A stretch of DNA of 57,055 nucleotides from an uncultured Coprococcus sp. (GCA_964646135.1 CAZYCT010000001.1:1-57055); one strand, 5' to 3'; shown: positions 1 through 10,497, numbered from the stretch's first letter. Numbers and translations are program-made. The notes: generated by a model not told the origin, from the letters alone.

Positions 1-1010
1 GGGTGGGAGAGATCGGAAGTAAATCAGTATCTCTTATAAAGTCCGGTTGGACAACGCTTCGTTCATGGGTGGGAGAAATTGGCAGCAAGGCGGTATCTCT
101 TGTAAAATCTGGCTGGAAATCTCTGTCAAGCTGGGTTGGTACAAAGGTATCGGTTGGCATTTCTCTTATAAAATCCGGTTGGAGATCACTATCAAGTTGG
201 ATCGGTACAAGTGTGTCCGTTGGTGTTTCACTGTTCAAGTCTGGTTGGAGGAGTATCAAATCTTTCTTTGGTCTGTCCTCTGGTGGTGTAGTGGGCGCAA
301 ACGGTGGTGTGAAGTTGTTTGCATCTGGTGGCTCTATCAGCCGCAACGGAGTAGCAAATTGGTGGAATAGCATACCAAAATACGCAAATGGAACAAATAA
401 TGCGCATGGTACTGTTTTTGTGGCTGGTGAAGCAGGCCCAGAAATTGTAGGTAATGTGAATGGAAAAACAGAGGTGCTGAATAAATCACAGCTGGCAGCA
501 ACAATGTATGCAGCTATCGTGAACGGACTTTCCGTTTGTGTCAATCCATTGTGGTCAGCCATCTCAGGTATGATGGCTAATTGTACAAATGCGATTATTG
601 CAAGCATGGCTTATCTGGCTGAACAGGATGTATCAGTGGACGGAATAAGGGCTGATGCTATTTCTGGCGGTGGGGAAAATGCTACACTGATCACAACACT
701 GCAAGCATTAGCAGACAGGGTGGCGTATAAAGTTCCGGTTGTAGCTACAGGTGCAGTGTCACCGTATGGAGTGAAAAGCGCAGCAAGCTCTACAGAAAGC
801 ATAAAAAGTGCAATCGATGCATCAAATGATGAATTGATATCAGTTGTTATGCAATCTGTAACAAATGCCACTACAGCAATCGTAGGGGCAATCCAGACAT
901 ATAGTGGTACAGAGGTAAACTTGGACGCAAACAGTCTTTCTACCGCTATTATCAATGAAATTAACAGACGTACACGCGCTTACGGACAATCTCCGTTAGT
1001 AGGTGTGTAA
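1..1010 (+). CDS. Tape measure protein, C-terminal part (continues from 53504 across the window ends)
   Basis: Begins with the same 22-aa Trp repeats (VSLIKSGWxxLSSWVGEIGSK) that end the window; FASGG / IPKYANG / VAGEAGPE motifs typical of tape measure C-termini. Confidence 0.9.
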   Translation, partial: VGEIGSKSVSLIKSGWTTLRSWVGEIGSKAVSLVKSGWKSLSSWVGTKVSVGISLIKSGWRSLSSWIGTSVSVGVSLFKSGWRSIKSFFGLSSGGVVGANGGVKLFASGGSISRNGVANWWNSIPKYANGTNNAHGTVFVAGEAGPEIVGNVNGKTEVLNKSQLAATMYAAIVNGLSVCVNPLWSAISGMMANCTNAIIASMAYLAEQDVSVDGIRADAISGGGENATLITTLQALADRVAYKVPVVATGAVSPYGVKSAASSTESIKSAIDASNDELISVVMQSVTNATTAIVGAIQTYSGTEVNLDANSLSTAIINEINRRTRAYGQSPLVGV

Positions 1011-1029
1011 GAGAGGAGGATATTTATGT

Positions 1030-1407
1030 ATGAAACCAACATTCCAGATTAACGGGCACGATTACACTGAATATCTTTCTTGGGACGGTTTGAAATCAAT
1101 AAGAAATGATTTGGACAAAGACGGGAGTGGTCGTAACCTGTTGGACGGGTTAATGTATCGTTTCCGCGTTGCCACAAAAGTACAGTGGACAGTATCTTTT
1201 AATCGACTGTCAGAGGATATTATGCGGCAGCTGGAAACAGATATGTATGCCACAGACAATTATGTAAAGGTTACAACGTTGGATGCTAAAACCAATAGAT
1301 ATGTTGAACGGACATATTATTGCTCTACGATCAATGAGGGTATACAGCGATATGTTGATGGTAAGACCGTCTATGATGAAGTAACATTCAATATCACAGA
1401 GAGGTAG
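1030..1407 (+). CDS. Distal tail (Dit-like) protein
   Basis: Directly after tape measure; RBS GAGGAGGA at 1013-1020 before ATG 1030; size and the DGSGRNLLDG motif fit Firmicutes siphophage Dit-like proteins. Confidence 0.6.
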   Translation: MKPTFQINGHDYTEYLSWDGLKSIRNDLDKDGSGRNLLDGLMYRFRVATKVQWTVSFNRLSEDIMRQLETDMYATDNYVKVTTLDAKTNRYVERTYYCSTINEGIQRYVDGKTVYDEVTFNITER

Positions 1408-1411
1408 CAGC

Positions 1412-3247
1412 ATGAGAAACAGAAGTGATACATGGAAGAAATTGACAGTCAGGGGCAAGTTCACCTTTGAAACAAAAGCGGTTATCGGTGGTAAAGAATA
1501 TCTCACCATATCTGCTCCAAAGATTAGCCGTTCCCTGATGAACTCACCTCTGCAGGTTGGAAACTGCAATTCTGCCACCTTATCTGTGTCTATTCTTACA
1601 GATGATGTGATACCGCCTTCCAGCAGGGCGGTTATCAAAGGACGTGTGACAGATGGACAGGGGACGTACAGCGAATGGCTGAATTTTGGTACCTTTTATA
1701 TCGATCAACGAGATACCAGTTACGCGGGCTTGGTGACTATCAGTTGCTATGATGCAATGCTGAAAGCCAATCAGATGTATCTAAGCGCGATAGATACTGA
1801 ACTTGTATGGCCGAAAGATATGGTGACGGTCGTAAATGAGATAGCTGCAAGAATAGGTGTAAGACTTGATAGTAGAACTGTTTTAAAACAAGGTGCTGCT
1901 TACATGGTGCCATTTCCGAAAGGGCTTACAATGGTGCAGGTGCTTGGTTATATTGGCGGTTGCAATGGCGGTAATTGGATTATTACAGAAGACAATCTAT
2001 TAAGACTTGTGCCACTTGTAACAATCCCGGACGAGACGTATTACATCATTGACTATGATTATCAGCGGATTAAAACCTCAGACGGGTATCTGTTGGTGCA
2101 TAAAGAATCTGATGATCAGGCAGAAGATGCAGTAGAAGATTTTCTAAACGTACCTATCGTACTCGGTACGATAACAAATGGTGCACCTGTAACGGTAACA
2201 GCTGTGACCGGTTCAGATAGTGACAGCAACAGTTTTATTGCAGGAGATACAACTACAGGTGTGACCTTAAATATTGGTTCCAATCCATATGCTACGCAAG
2301 AAATCATCGACAGTCTGTATGCTGACTTTAAAGGACTTGTTTATGAACCGTATACAGCAACAAAAGCAATTTATGATCCAGCGGCAGAACTAGGAGACAA
2401 GATCAAGATCGGGGAATATGTTCATAGTGTTATTTACAACACGAACATGAAACTCGATCTTGATTTTTTATCGGATATGTCCGCACCGAACAGTGAAGAA
2501 TTGACAAGTGAATATCCGTATCTGTCTGAGTTGGAAAAATTGAAACAATCCACTGAAAATTTCACAAAAAACGTGAATGAGTCTACAGAAGCATTAACGA
2601 AAGAGATCGAAGAAAATAAGTCTGATGTAGAAAAAGTTTCTGAAAATCTTACTTCTGAAGTTATTCGTGCAGGAAAAGCAGAAACTGCATTATATGAACA
2701 GTTGGATGCCGAAGCAACTAGAGCAAAAAATGCGGAATCTGATTTAGATGGAAGAATCTCTTCATTGGAAAAAACACAATCCGGTACGATTGCTACGGAT
2801 ATTGGTGAATTGAAAAAAACTGTAAAAGCCAATACAGATTCGATTATTTCATTGAAAGAATCAGTCGATTCGCAGGGAAAAAATCTTACAGAATTGCAAA
2901 GAACGGTAAGCACGCAGGGAGAAACAATCGAAGCAATTAAGCAGGTGAACGACACACAGACAACGCAGATCACAGGACTACAAGAATCTGTAAACAATCA
3001 AGGGATTACACTGGAAGAACACACTACTTCATTAGCTTCTATTAAGGAAAGTCTGAAGTCGCAAAATACTGAATTGGCTGCTGTAAAAAAGATGGCACAG
3101 CAAAATTCATCTGACATAGCAACAATGCAGGACACTCTTACAGATCATACAGCACAGTTTGTCACAATAAATGAAAAGCTGGATGCAATACTTGCAAAAT
3201 TGAGTAGTGGTTCTGGAGATACAGAAACAGAAACAGAAACAGAATAA
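1412..3247 (+). CDS. Tail tip/baseplate hub (Tal-like) protein with C-terminal coiled coil
   Basis: Position after Dit; N-terminal GTFYID...CYDAML motif of tail hub proteins; long heptad-rich C-terminal third. Confidence 0.65.
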   Translation: MRNRSDTWKKLTVRGKFTFETKAVIGGKEYLTISAPKISRSLMNSPLQVGNCNSATLSVSILTDDVIPPSSRAVIKGRVTDGQGTYSEWLNFGTFYIDQRDTSYAGLVTISCYDAMLKANQMYLSAIDTELVWPKDMVTVVNEIAARIGVRLDSRTVLKQGAAYMVPFPKGLTMVQVLGYIGGCNGGNWIITEDNLLRLVPLVTIPDETYYIIDYDYQRIKTSDGYLLVHKESDDQAEDAVEDFLNVPIVLGTITNGAPVTVTAVTGSDSDSNSFIAGDTTTGVTLNIGSNPYATQEIIDSLYADFKGLVYEPYTATKAIYDPAAELGDKIKIGEYVHSVIYNTNMKLDLDFLSDMSAPNSEELTSEYPYLSELEKLKQSTENFTKNVNESTEALTKEIEENKSDVEKVSENLTSEVIRAGKAETALYEQLDAEATRAKNAESDLDGRISSLEKTQSGTIATDIGELKKTVKANTDSIISLKESVDSQGKNLTELQRTVSTQGETIEAIKQVNDTQTTQITGLQESVNNQGITLEEHTTSLASIKESLKSQNTELAAVKKMAQQNSSDIATMQDTLTDHTAQFVTINEKLDAILAKLSSGSGDTETETETE

Positions 3248-3266
3248 CTAAGAAGGAGGACGGGAT

Positions 3267-6200
3267 ATGGCAGACAAAAGAATAAGTGATTTTCCTACCG
3301 TCACCGAAGCAAAAGATGATGATTTACTCTTGATAGATTCAGAGCAAGAAACATATAACATTAAAATGCTCACCATCCGGCAAGCGGCTCTCAGCATGGT
3401 GCGGGATGAGGTTAATAAAATGAACAGTGCTATAAAAAATATTGATAGTGCTGTTGCGGGCGTTCAAGATGATGTTTCAGATCTATCGGAATCTGTAAAG
3501 AAAAACGCACTTGCCCTTTTGGAAAAGGTAGACGGTGCGTATGTCGGTGACGATGGGTGCTTATATCTGACCGCGGATGATGCGGTAGTAGTAGGCCCAT
3601 TAGGGCCGTTTGCTGGAACGGGCGGCGGTAGTGGTGGCGGTAGTGGCAATAATGCTACACTTACGCTTACGAACACAAGCGGCTGGTTGGCGGCAACTGT
3701 GGCACAGAACAGTTCCTGTGTCATTAAAGCAAATTGGAGTTCATTGGAAAATGATTTTTCTACTGGTGCTGGTACATTAACATTACGTGTAAATGGTTCT
3801 ACAAAAACAACCAGAAGCGTGGATCAGGGGGATATCTACATAGATGTTAAGGATTTCCTTAGCAGTGGATCAAATAGTGTGAAATTGACAATTACAGACG
3901 TTTACGGAAATAACCGAACTATCAACTTTTCAATCACAGTGGTGTCTGTCTCATTGTCCTCTACATTCGATGAAACAGTTATTTTTACCGGAGCTATTGC
4001 ATTCACCTATATCCCAGTAGGAAATATCGAAAAAACGGTTCATTTTATATTGGATGGAAAGGAAATTGATACAGCAGTTACGTCTGTATCAGGCAGACAG
4101 CAAAGTTATCTGATTCCGGCACAAACTCATGGTACTCATGCTTTGCAAGTATATTTTACTTGTGATGTTGATGGGAATGAGATTCGATCAAATGAACTGT
4201 ATTATGAAATAATATGTGCTGTAGATGGAGATATGCACCCAGCAATCGCCAGCAACTACAGGGAGTCTGAAGTAGTACAGTATACTTCTATTCCAATCAC
4301 ATACCGTGTATATGATCCATCTAATATGACTACTGAGGTTAAACAGTTTGCAAACGATGAATTGGTTTCTACACAAACGGTAGACAGGACAGAACAGACT
4401 TGGACGTATAGGGCGGATAAAACAGGTAAATTGAACCTTAGAATTGATGCTGACAATGGGTATGCAACGGCATCTAAGAGCTGGGCCATTTCAGTCACAG
4501 AAAGCAACATAGATGTATCAGCAGAAACAGAGGATCTATCCTTGTATTTGTCAAGCTATGGACGATCCAACAATGAAGAAAATCCGGGAATATGGAGCTA
4601 TAAAGATATCGCTGCAACATTTACGAATTTCAATTTTATATCAGATGGTTGGCAGATGGATAAAGACAAAATTTCAGTCCTTCGTGTTGCAGGTGATGCA
4701 AGATTGGAGATCCCTCTGAAAATCTTTGAAAAGGATTTCCGCTCTACTGGTAAGACTATCGAGCTTGAATTTTCTACCGGTGAAGTCATGGACTATGATG
4801 CAGTTATTCTTTCCTGCATGTCCGGTGGCAGAGGTATTGAACTGACGGCGCAAAGAGCAACGATGAAATCTGAACAGTCGGAGATATTCACAAGCTATAA
4901 AGAGGATGAGCACATCAGAATCGCTTTTGTTGTCGAAAAACGATCAGAAAACAGACTGATACAGTGCTATATCAATGGTATAATGTCCGGTGCAGTACAA
5001 TATCCAACAGATGATGATTTTTCGCAGCAGTCACCGGTAAACATTTCAATCGGATCAAATGATTGTGCGCTTAATTTGTATTGCATCCGAGTGTATGACA
5101 ATAACCTTACACGTTATCAGCTTTTGGATAACTGGGTTGCCGACAGCCAGAATGTAGATGATTTGCTTGCAAGAAATGCAAGAAATGATCTTTTTGACGC
5201 ATATGGGTCTATCGTTATTGATAAGCTGCCAAATACGCTCCCATATCTGGTTATCACAGCGGGAGAACTGCCAACTTATAAAGGCGATAAGAAGATTGTA
5301 TCCGGTTATTATGTGGATCCACAGCATCCGGAACGATCCTTTACATTTGAAAATGCGGAGATTGATGTACAGGGTACTTCTTCGGCTGGATATGAGCGCA
5401 AGAATTTCAAGATCAAATTTAAAGCCGGTTTTGTGATAGACGGAAAGACAGTAGAGACCTATGCTTTACGTGGTGATACTGAGTCAGTACCAACCAATAC
5501 ATTCACGTTCAAGGCAGACGTTGCATCCTCAGAAGGTGCAAATAACGTTGAACTGATACGTTTATATGATGATATTTGTCCGTACAAAACCCCGCCACAG
5601 GAGAAAGATGGCAGGGTCAGACAGGGTATTGACGGATTTCCGATTGTTATATTTCAGGATGATGGTAAGAACGTGACATTCATCGGAAAATACAATTTCA
5701 ATAACGATAAAGGTACAGAGGAAGTCTATGGTCTGTCTGTAGGTGACGAATCATGGGAAATCCTAAACAACACATCTTCGCGTGTAAATTGGAAATCTGC
5801 TGATTATACAGGAACAGACTGGATGAACGATTTTGAAGGAAGATACCCAGATGGAAATACTGATCCGGCAAATCTTGCGGCATTGGCAGAGTGGATCGTA
5901 TCCACCGATCGAAGTGCGGCAACGGATAGAGCATTGGGATCTGCCGTTGAATATGAGGGAAAGACCTACACACGCGACACAGAGGAATATCGTTTGGCAA
6001 AATTCAGAAATGAAGTAACGGAGCATTTTGAAAAGGATGCGCTTTTATTTAATTATTTATTCACTGAATTATTCTTGATGGTTGATAACCGTGCGAAGAA
6101 TGCGTTCCCAACGTTCTTTGACGGTCATAAGTGGATCATATTCCCCTACGACTATGATACTGCAATCGGCATCAATAATGAGGGTGCACTGGTCTTTGAT

Positions 6201-8939
6201 TATTCACTGGAAGATACTGACAAAGTAGATGGTGCGAACGTCTACAATGGACAGGAATCCGTGTTGTGGGTAAATGTCAGGGATGCTTTCCGTGACGAGC
6301 TGGCAAGTATGTACCAGACGCTCAGATCAGAAGGGAAACTGTCTTATGCAGATACTGAGCAACGTTTTGAAGAACATCAAAACAAGTGGCCTGAAGCCAT
6401 TTTCAATGAGGATGCGTGGGTTAAGTATCTTGCACCACTGGTTGAAAAAGGAAATGCGGCATATCTTGCTATGCTGCAGGGTTCAAAAGCGGAACAGCGT
6501 AAATGGTGGCTCTACAATCGTTATCGTTATATTGATAGTAAATACAATGCAGGTGATGCGCTTTCCGACTTCATCATGGTTCGTGCATATGCAAAGGACG
6601 ATATCACAGTGACTCCGTATGCATCTATTTATGCAACTATCAAATACGGTTCATATCTGGTGCAGAAAAGAGCACTCAGAGGTGCCACATACGCGCTTGA
6701 GTGCCCTCTGGACGAGTTCAACGATACAGAGATATACATTTATTCATCTTCCCAATTAAAGAGCGTAGGAGACCTGTCAGGGCTTATGGTGGGCTATGCT
6801 GATTTCAGTAAAGCTGTCCGGCTACAGTCATTAAAGTTAGGTGATGGTGCAGAAGATTACAGCAATCCGAATATGAAAGAATTATATTTGGGAAATAACA
6901 CACTTCTGAAGACGATTGATCTGAGAAACTGTCCGAACCTCACACAGACAGTGGATGTATCAGGATGCTCCAATCTGGAATATGTATATTTTGATGGTAC
7001 AAGTATTCCAAGTATTACTCTTCCGGCCGGTGGTATCATGAAAACGCTGCATCTTCCGGCAACAGTGGCCAACCTTACAATCCGTAACCAAAACGGCATC
7101 ACAGAATTTGTCATGCCAACTTATGAAAACATCACTACATTATGGCTTGAAAATGTTGGTAATCTGGTGGACAGTAAGGAAATGGTGCAGGTGATTAAAG
7201 AAAACAGCCGTGTGCGTATCATCGGACTTAACTGGATTTTTGAGAGCATTGAAGACGCGCTTGCATTGTTTGATGTATTGGATGGTATGAGAGGACTTGA
7301 TGAAAACGGAAATAACACAGATACCGCACAGGTCAGTGGTACAATCCATGTACCAACTTTGACAGGTGCACAGATGGCGGATATCCAGAAGAGATATCCA
7401 AGTATCAGAGTTACGTATGAGCATATCACGAGCTATTGCTATTTCTATAATTACGATGGATCCACATTATTGTACACAGCACCATGCGTGGATGGATCTG
7501 ACGCGACTTATGGTGGTAGTACACCAACAAGACCATCTACGGCACAGTACAACTATTCATTTGCTGGATGGGGACTCATGCCCGGCGGCAGCGTAAATTC
7601 AGAAGCATTAAAGAATGTATCAGCGGATAGAAAGGTATATGCTATTTTCTCAGGAACAGTACGTACCTATACCGTGTACTTCTACAATGGCAACACACTT
7701 CTGCAGACCGTCACAAACGTGGCATACGGCAGCAGTGCAACTTATACAGGAGACACACCGGTATCACCGGATGGAAGTGCAGAGGATTACCCATTTGAAG
7801 GCTGGAACCCGGAACCGAAAAATATTACCGGGAATACATCATGTTATGCAAAATTTGGTTCGCCGCTGGAAGTAAAAGAAATCACGGATAGTTGGGAGAC
7901 AATCATTGCAGCTTGTGCAGATGGTTCTTACCGAAATAAATACAAAGTAGGTAACTACAAGGCACTGGATCTTGGAGCACAGGGCGTTGTAAATATGCAG
8001 ATCGCTGGAGTCGATAAAGATACTCTTGCAGATGGCTCAGGAAAAGCACCGCTGTCTTGGATCAGTAAAGAGTTACTTATGACAAGCCACAGAATGAACC
8101 CGTCACTTGTAACGAACTATAATACTTATCAAAAAGCTGCATGGGTGGCTGATGAAGACCAGACAAATGGGTGGAAATCTAATAACCAGAAAATCGGAAG
8201 CACTTCTGCAGTGGCAGAATTTACGGTTACTGCAGTTTCATACGGTACACTTACTGTTTCTTATAAAGTTGCTTCTGAAGCAAATTATGATAAGCTGACA
8301 GTCGTAGTGAACGGCACAACAGTTGCAGATGCGATTAGCGGAAATACGGACTGGGCAGATTATACAATAGAATGTTCTTCTGGTGACACTGTAACAGTGA
8401 GAGCTACTTACTCTAAGGACAACAGTGGAGACAGCAATGGAGATACGGCATATGTTAAATTCTCTAGTGATGGAACTATAACAGTGACTGCAAATATCAC
8501 AGATATGGAAGTGAAAGAAGTCAGAGACTATCAGATAGGAACTGGATCTATTGGCGGATGGGAAAATTCAGAAATGAGATCCTATCTGAAGGAAACAGTC
8601 AAGCCACTTATTCCTGCTGTGGTTAGAAACGCAATCGTAGAAGTCACAAAGACACAGAACGCATACAACACAAGTGGATCAAGCTATACGCAGACAACAA
8701 CAGATGATGTATGGATTCCTGATTACAATGAAGTATTTAGCAACCCTTATTTGTACAAAGGTTTATTCCCTGATAACAACAGCCGTATCAAGTATAAGGT
8801 AGGCGCGACTAGCGCCTCTTGGTGGTGGCTGCGGCGCGCGTACAACAGTAACGTCTTCGGCAACGTCGGCAGCTTCGGCAGCTACGACAATTACAGTGCG
8901 TACAATACAAACGGCGTTGCCCTCGGCTTCTGTACCTAA
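3267..8939 (+). CDS. Large tail fibre / receptor-binding protein, DGR target 1 (LamG-like, CotH-kinase-like, LRR, InlB-B-type repeats, C-terminal DUF6273/C-type-lectin-like domain)
   Basis: 1890 aa, RBS AGGAGG; tail-fibre-like start MADKRISDFP; C-terminus encodes the variable repeat WWWLRRAY...GVALGFCT. Confidence 0.85.
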   Translation: MADKRISDFPTVTEAKDDDLLLIDSEQETYNIKMLTIRQAALSMVRDEVNKMNSAIKNIDSAVAGVQDDVSDLSESVKKNALALLEKVDGAYVGDDGCLYLTADDAVVVGPLGPFAGTGGGSGGGSGNNATLTLTNTSGWLAATVAQNSSCVIKANWSSLENDFSTGAGTLTLRVNGSTKTTRSVDQGDIYIDVKDFLSSGSNSVKLTITDVYGNNRTINFSITVVSVSLSSTFDETVIFTGAIAFTYIPVGNIEKTVHFILDGKEIDTAVTSVSGRQQSYLIPAQTHGTHALQVYFTCDVDGNEIRSNELYYEIICAVDGDMHPAIASNYRESEVVQYTSIPITYRVYDPSNMTTEVKQFANDELVSTQTVDRTEQTWTYRADKTGKLNLRIDADNGYATASKSWAISVTESNIDVSAETEDLSLYLSSYGRSNNEENPGIWSYKDIAATFTNFNFISDGWQMDKDKISVLRVAGDARLEIPLKIFEKDFRSTGKTIELEFSTGEVMDYDAVILSCMSGGRGIELTAQRATMKSEQSEIFTSYKEDEHIRIAFVVEKRSENRLIQCYINGIMSGAVQYPTDDDFSQQSPVNISIGSNDCALNLYCIRVYDNNLTRYQLLDNWVADSQNVDDLLARNARNDLFDAYGSIVIDKLPNTLPYLVITAGELPTYKGDKKIVSGYYVDPQHPERSFTFENAEIDVQGTSSAGYERKNFKIKFKAGFVIDGKTVETYALRGDTESVPTNTFTFKADVASSEGANNVELIRLYDDICPYKTPPQEKDGRVRQGIDGFPIVIFQDDGKNVTFIGKYNFNNDKGTEEVYGLSVGDESWEILNNTSSRVNWKSADYTGTDWMNDFEGRYPDGNTDPANLAALAEWIVSTDRSAATDRALGSAVEYEGKTYTRDTEEYRLAKFRNEVTEHFEKDALLFNYLFTELFLMVDNRAKNAFPTFFDGHKWIIFPYDYDTAIGINNEGALVFDYSLEDTDKVDGANVYNGQESVLWVNVRDAFRDELASMYQTLRSEGKLSYADTEQRFEEHQNKWPEAIFNEDAWVKYLAPLVEKGNAAYLAMLQGSKAEQRKWWLYNRYRYIDSKYNAGDALSDFIMVRAYAKDDITVTPYASIYATIKYGSYLVQKRALRGATYALECPLDEFNDTEIYIYSSSQLKSVGDLSGLMVGYADFSKAVRLQSLKLGDGAEDYSNPNMKELYLGNNTLLKTIDLRNCPNLTQTVDVSGCSNLEYVYFDGTSIPSITLPAGGIMKTLHLPATVANLTIRNQNGITEFVMPTYENITTLWLENVGNLVDSKEMVQVIKENSRVRIIGLNWIFESIEDALALFDVLDGMRGLDENGNNTDTAQVSGTIHVPTLTGAQMADIQKRYPSIRVTYEHITSYCYFYNYDGSTLLYTAPCVDGSDATYGGSTPTRPSTAQYNYSFAGWGLMPGGSVNSEALKNVSADRKVYAIFSGTVRTYTVYFYNGNTLLQTVTNVAYGSSATYTGDTPVSPDGSAEDYPFEGWNPEPKNITGNTSCYAKFGSPLEVKEITDSWETIIAACADGSYRNKYKVGNYKALDLGAQGVVNMQIAGVDKDTLADGSGKAPLSWISKELLMTSHRMNPSLVTNYNTYQKAAWVADEDQTNGWKSNNQKIGSTSAVAEFTVTAVSYGTLTVSYKVASEANYDKLTVVVNGTTVADAISGNTDWADYTIECSSGDTVTVRATYSKDNSGDSNGDTAYVKFSSDGTITVTANITDMEVKEVRDYQIGTGSIGGWENSEMRSYLKETVKPLIPAVVRNAIVEVTKTQNAYNTSGSSYTQTTTDDVWIPDYNEVFSNPYLYKGLFPDNNSRIKYKVGATSASWWWLRRAYNSNVFGNVGSFGSYDNYSAYNTNGVALGFCT
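8813..8928 (+). repeat. DGR variable repeat VR1
   Basis: 116 bp ungapped match to TR 10145-10260; 16 mismatches, all at TR adenines. Confidence 0.97.
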
Positions 8940-8951
8940 TCCATAATCTAG

Positions 8952-8981
8952 GTATCTGGCCCCCTTTGTGGGGCCAGATAC
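8952..8981 (+). promoter_or_regulatory. DGR target-recognition hairpin downstream of VR1
   Basis: Perfect 12-bp stem GTATCTGGCCCC-ctttgt-GGGGCCAGATAC; core shared with the hairpin after VR2. Confidence 0.8.
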
Positions 8982-9058
8982 ACACAGGAAAGACCACAAA
9001 AATAATGAGTTGCCGCCGTAAGGCGGCCAAATTTTTAAAAAGAAAGAGAGGATCAGAT

Positions 9059-9631
9059 ATGCCTGACATGAAAATCGTACTAAAAGATAAAACAGAACTT
9101 AGTATTGACGGTCTGAATTTTCCAGCAAACATCATTAAAACCTGCAAGGCAAAAGATGAAGTAATGAATGTATGGGGCTTTCTTACAAACGACAATATGG
9201 AAGAAATGCACGTATATGAAGATGGCGTGGAATCTATTGTGATGAGAGGCTACACGCTGGACGGGGTGCAGGCAACAGTCAATCCGGACGGAACAGTTGC
9301 AGCACACTTCTATTTGCGTGATGGACAGTACGCATCTGTTATTACGGACGCAGTAGCAGAAGCTGAGAAAGAAGAAATACTGGCACTCGTTACTAAGTAC
9401 GGTGGATTCAGAACACAGGTTGTTCAATCGGATAAAATTGGTTTTGACTGGCGAGAAGAATACATCGGAGAGGTACTTTTGAACAGAACTTATGTAGGAC
9501 AGGAAAAGCCTGTAGGAACAAAAGAAAATCCGATTGAATACTATGAAGGGGTCCCGCTTATCAATGGCGCCTACTATATGAAAGATGGCACAAGACAGGT
9601 GTATATGGATGGTGAATGGACGGAATTTTAA
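9059..9631 (+). CDS. Hypothetical tail-associated protein
   Basis: ATG 9059 after a GAGGA RBS; lies between the tail fibre and avd. Confidence 0.6.
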   Translation: MPDMKIVLKDKTELSIDGLNFPANIIKTCKAKDEVMNVWGFLTNDNMEEMHVYEDGVESIVMRGYTLDGVQATVNPDGTVAAHFYLRDGQYASVITDAVAEAEKEEILALVTKYGGFRTQVVQSDKIGFDWREEYIGEVLLNRTYVGQEKPVGTKENPIEYYEGVPLINGAYYMKDGTRQVYMDGEWTEF

Positions 9632-9705
9632 GAGAAATCTGTAGAAAAAATTAAAATGTGGTGATATAATGCAGTTCGTATATTTTGTGGAAGGGGTGAA
9701 TATCA

Positions 9706-10110
9706 ATGTCCGTTATTAAAAGTAAACGGTCAGAATCTGAAATGGAATTTATTTACACTGCAAGGCAGTTGCAGATTTATACCATTCAGAAATGTGTTAA
9801 TTTTCCTAAAAGATATACATTTTATGTCAGCCAACCGATTGTGGATTCTGCCACAAAAATCCATCAGTGTGTAAAATGCGCAAACTCAATCTATCCATTA
9901 AATCAGCACGAAGCGCAAATGCGCAGAGACTATATGCTTCAAGCAAACGCAGAGCTGTACAGTTTGATATCACAGATAGAAGTTGCACAGGAGATATTTG
10001 GAATTGATTCGGATAGCATCAAATATTGGATGGAAATTGTAGAAAAAGAAATGCGTTTGGTAAAAGCTGTAATGAAAAAAGACCGGGAAAGGTATAAAGA
10101 TCTGCCTTAA
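9706..10110 (+). CDS. avd: DGR accessory variability determinant (Avd, four-helix-bundle family)
   Basis: 134-aa helical protein with FPKRYTF and ANSIYP motifs, immediately upstream of TR and RT. Confidence 0.9.
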   Translation: MSVIKSKRSESEMEFIYTARQLQIYTIQKCVNFPKRYTFYVSQPIVDSATKIHQCVKCANSIYPLNQHEAQMRRDYMLQANAELYSLISQIEVAQEIFGIDSDSIKYWMEIVEKEMRLVKAVMKKDRERYKDLP

Positions 10111-10144
10111 CCGGCATCGGGTTATGTTCTGTATCTATTGTGTC

Positions 10145-10260
10145 CGCCTCTTGGTGGTGGCTGCGGCGCGCGAACAACAATAACAACTTCAACAACGTCA
10201 ACAGCAACGGCAACAACAACAATAACAATGCGAACAATACAAACGGCGTTGCCCTCGGCT
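10145..10260 (+). ncRNA. DGR template repeat (TR)
   Basis: 18 AAY codons and 39 adenines; differs from VR1 and VR2 only at adenines; located between avd and RT. Confidence 0.97.
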
Positions 10261-10497
10261 CCTCTCTTGTCAGACAAAGTAACCATCGGGTGAAATCAGT
10301 ACGGGAAGGAGAGAAGGAGAATATGACCCTCCTCTGAGAAAAGGGGTAAATAAAAACTCTGATAGGTCTGGACGGACGCTGCTTGCATGGCAGGAATTGA
10401 TGGTTATTTCCTGTTTCATGTCCAGTGACCTTATGCGGATATTGTAACCATCCGGCATTCGTACAGAGTTTATAACTTATGGAAAGGATAGTTGCAC

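Noticed and set aside
3221-3244. (ACAGAA)4 microsatellite
   Set aside because: In-frame repeat encoding a TETETETE tail; length change would not shift the frame
10140-10337. 65-aa Asn-rich ORF in the track
   Set aside because: It is the translation of the DGR template repeat; no convincing RBS, and TR acts as RNA
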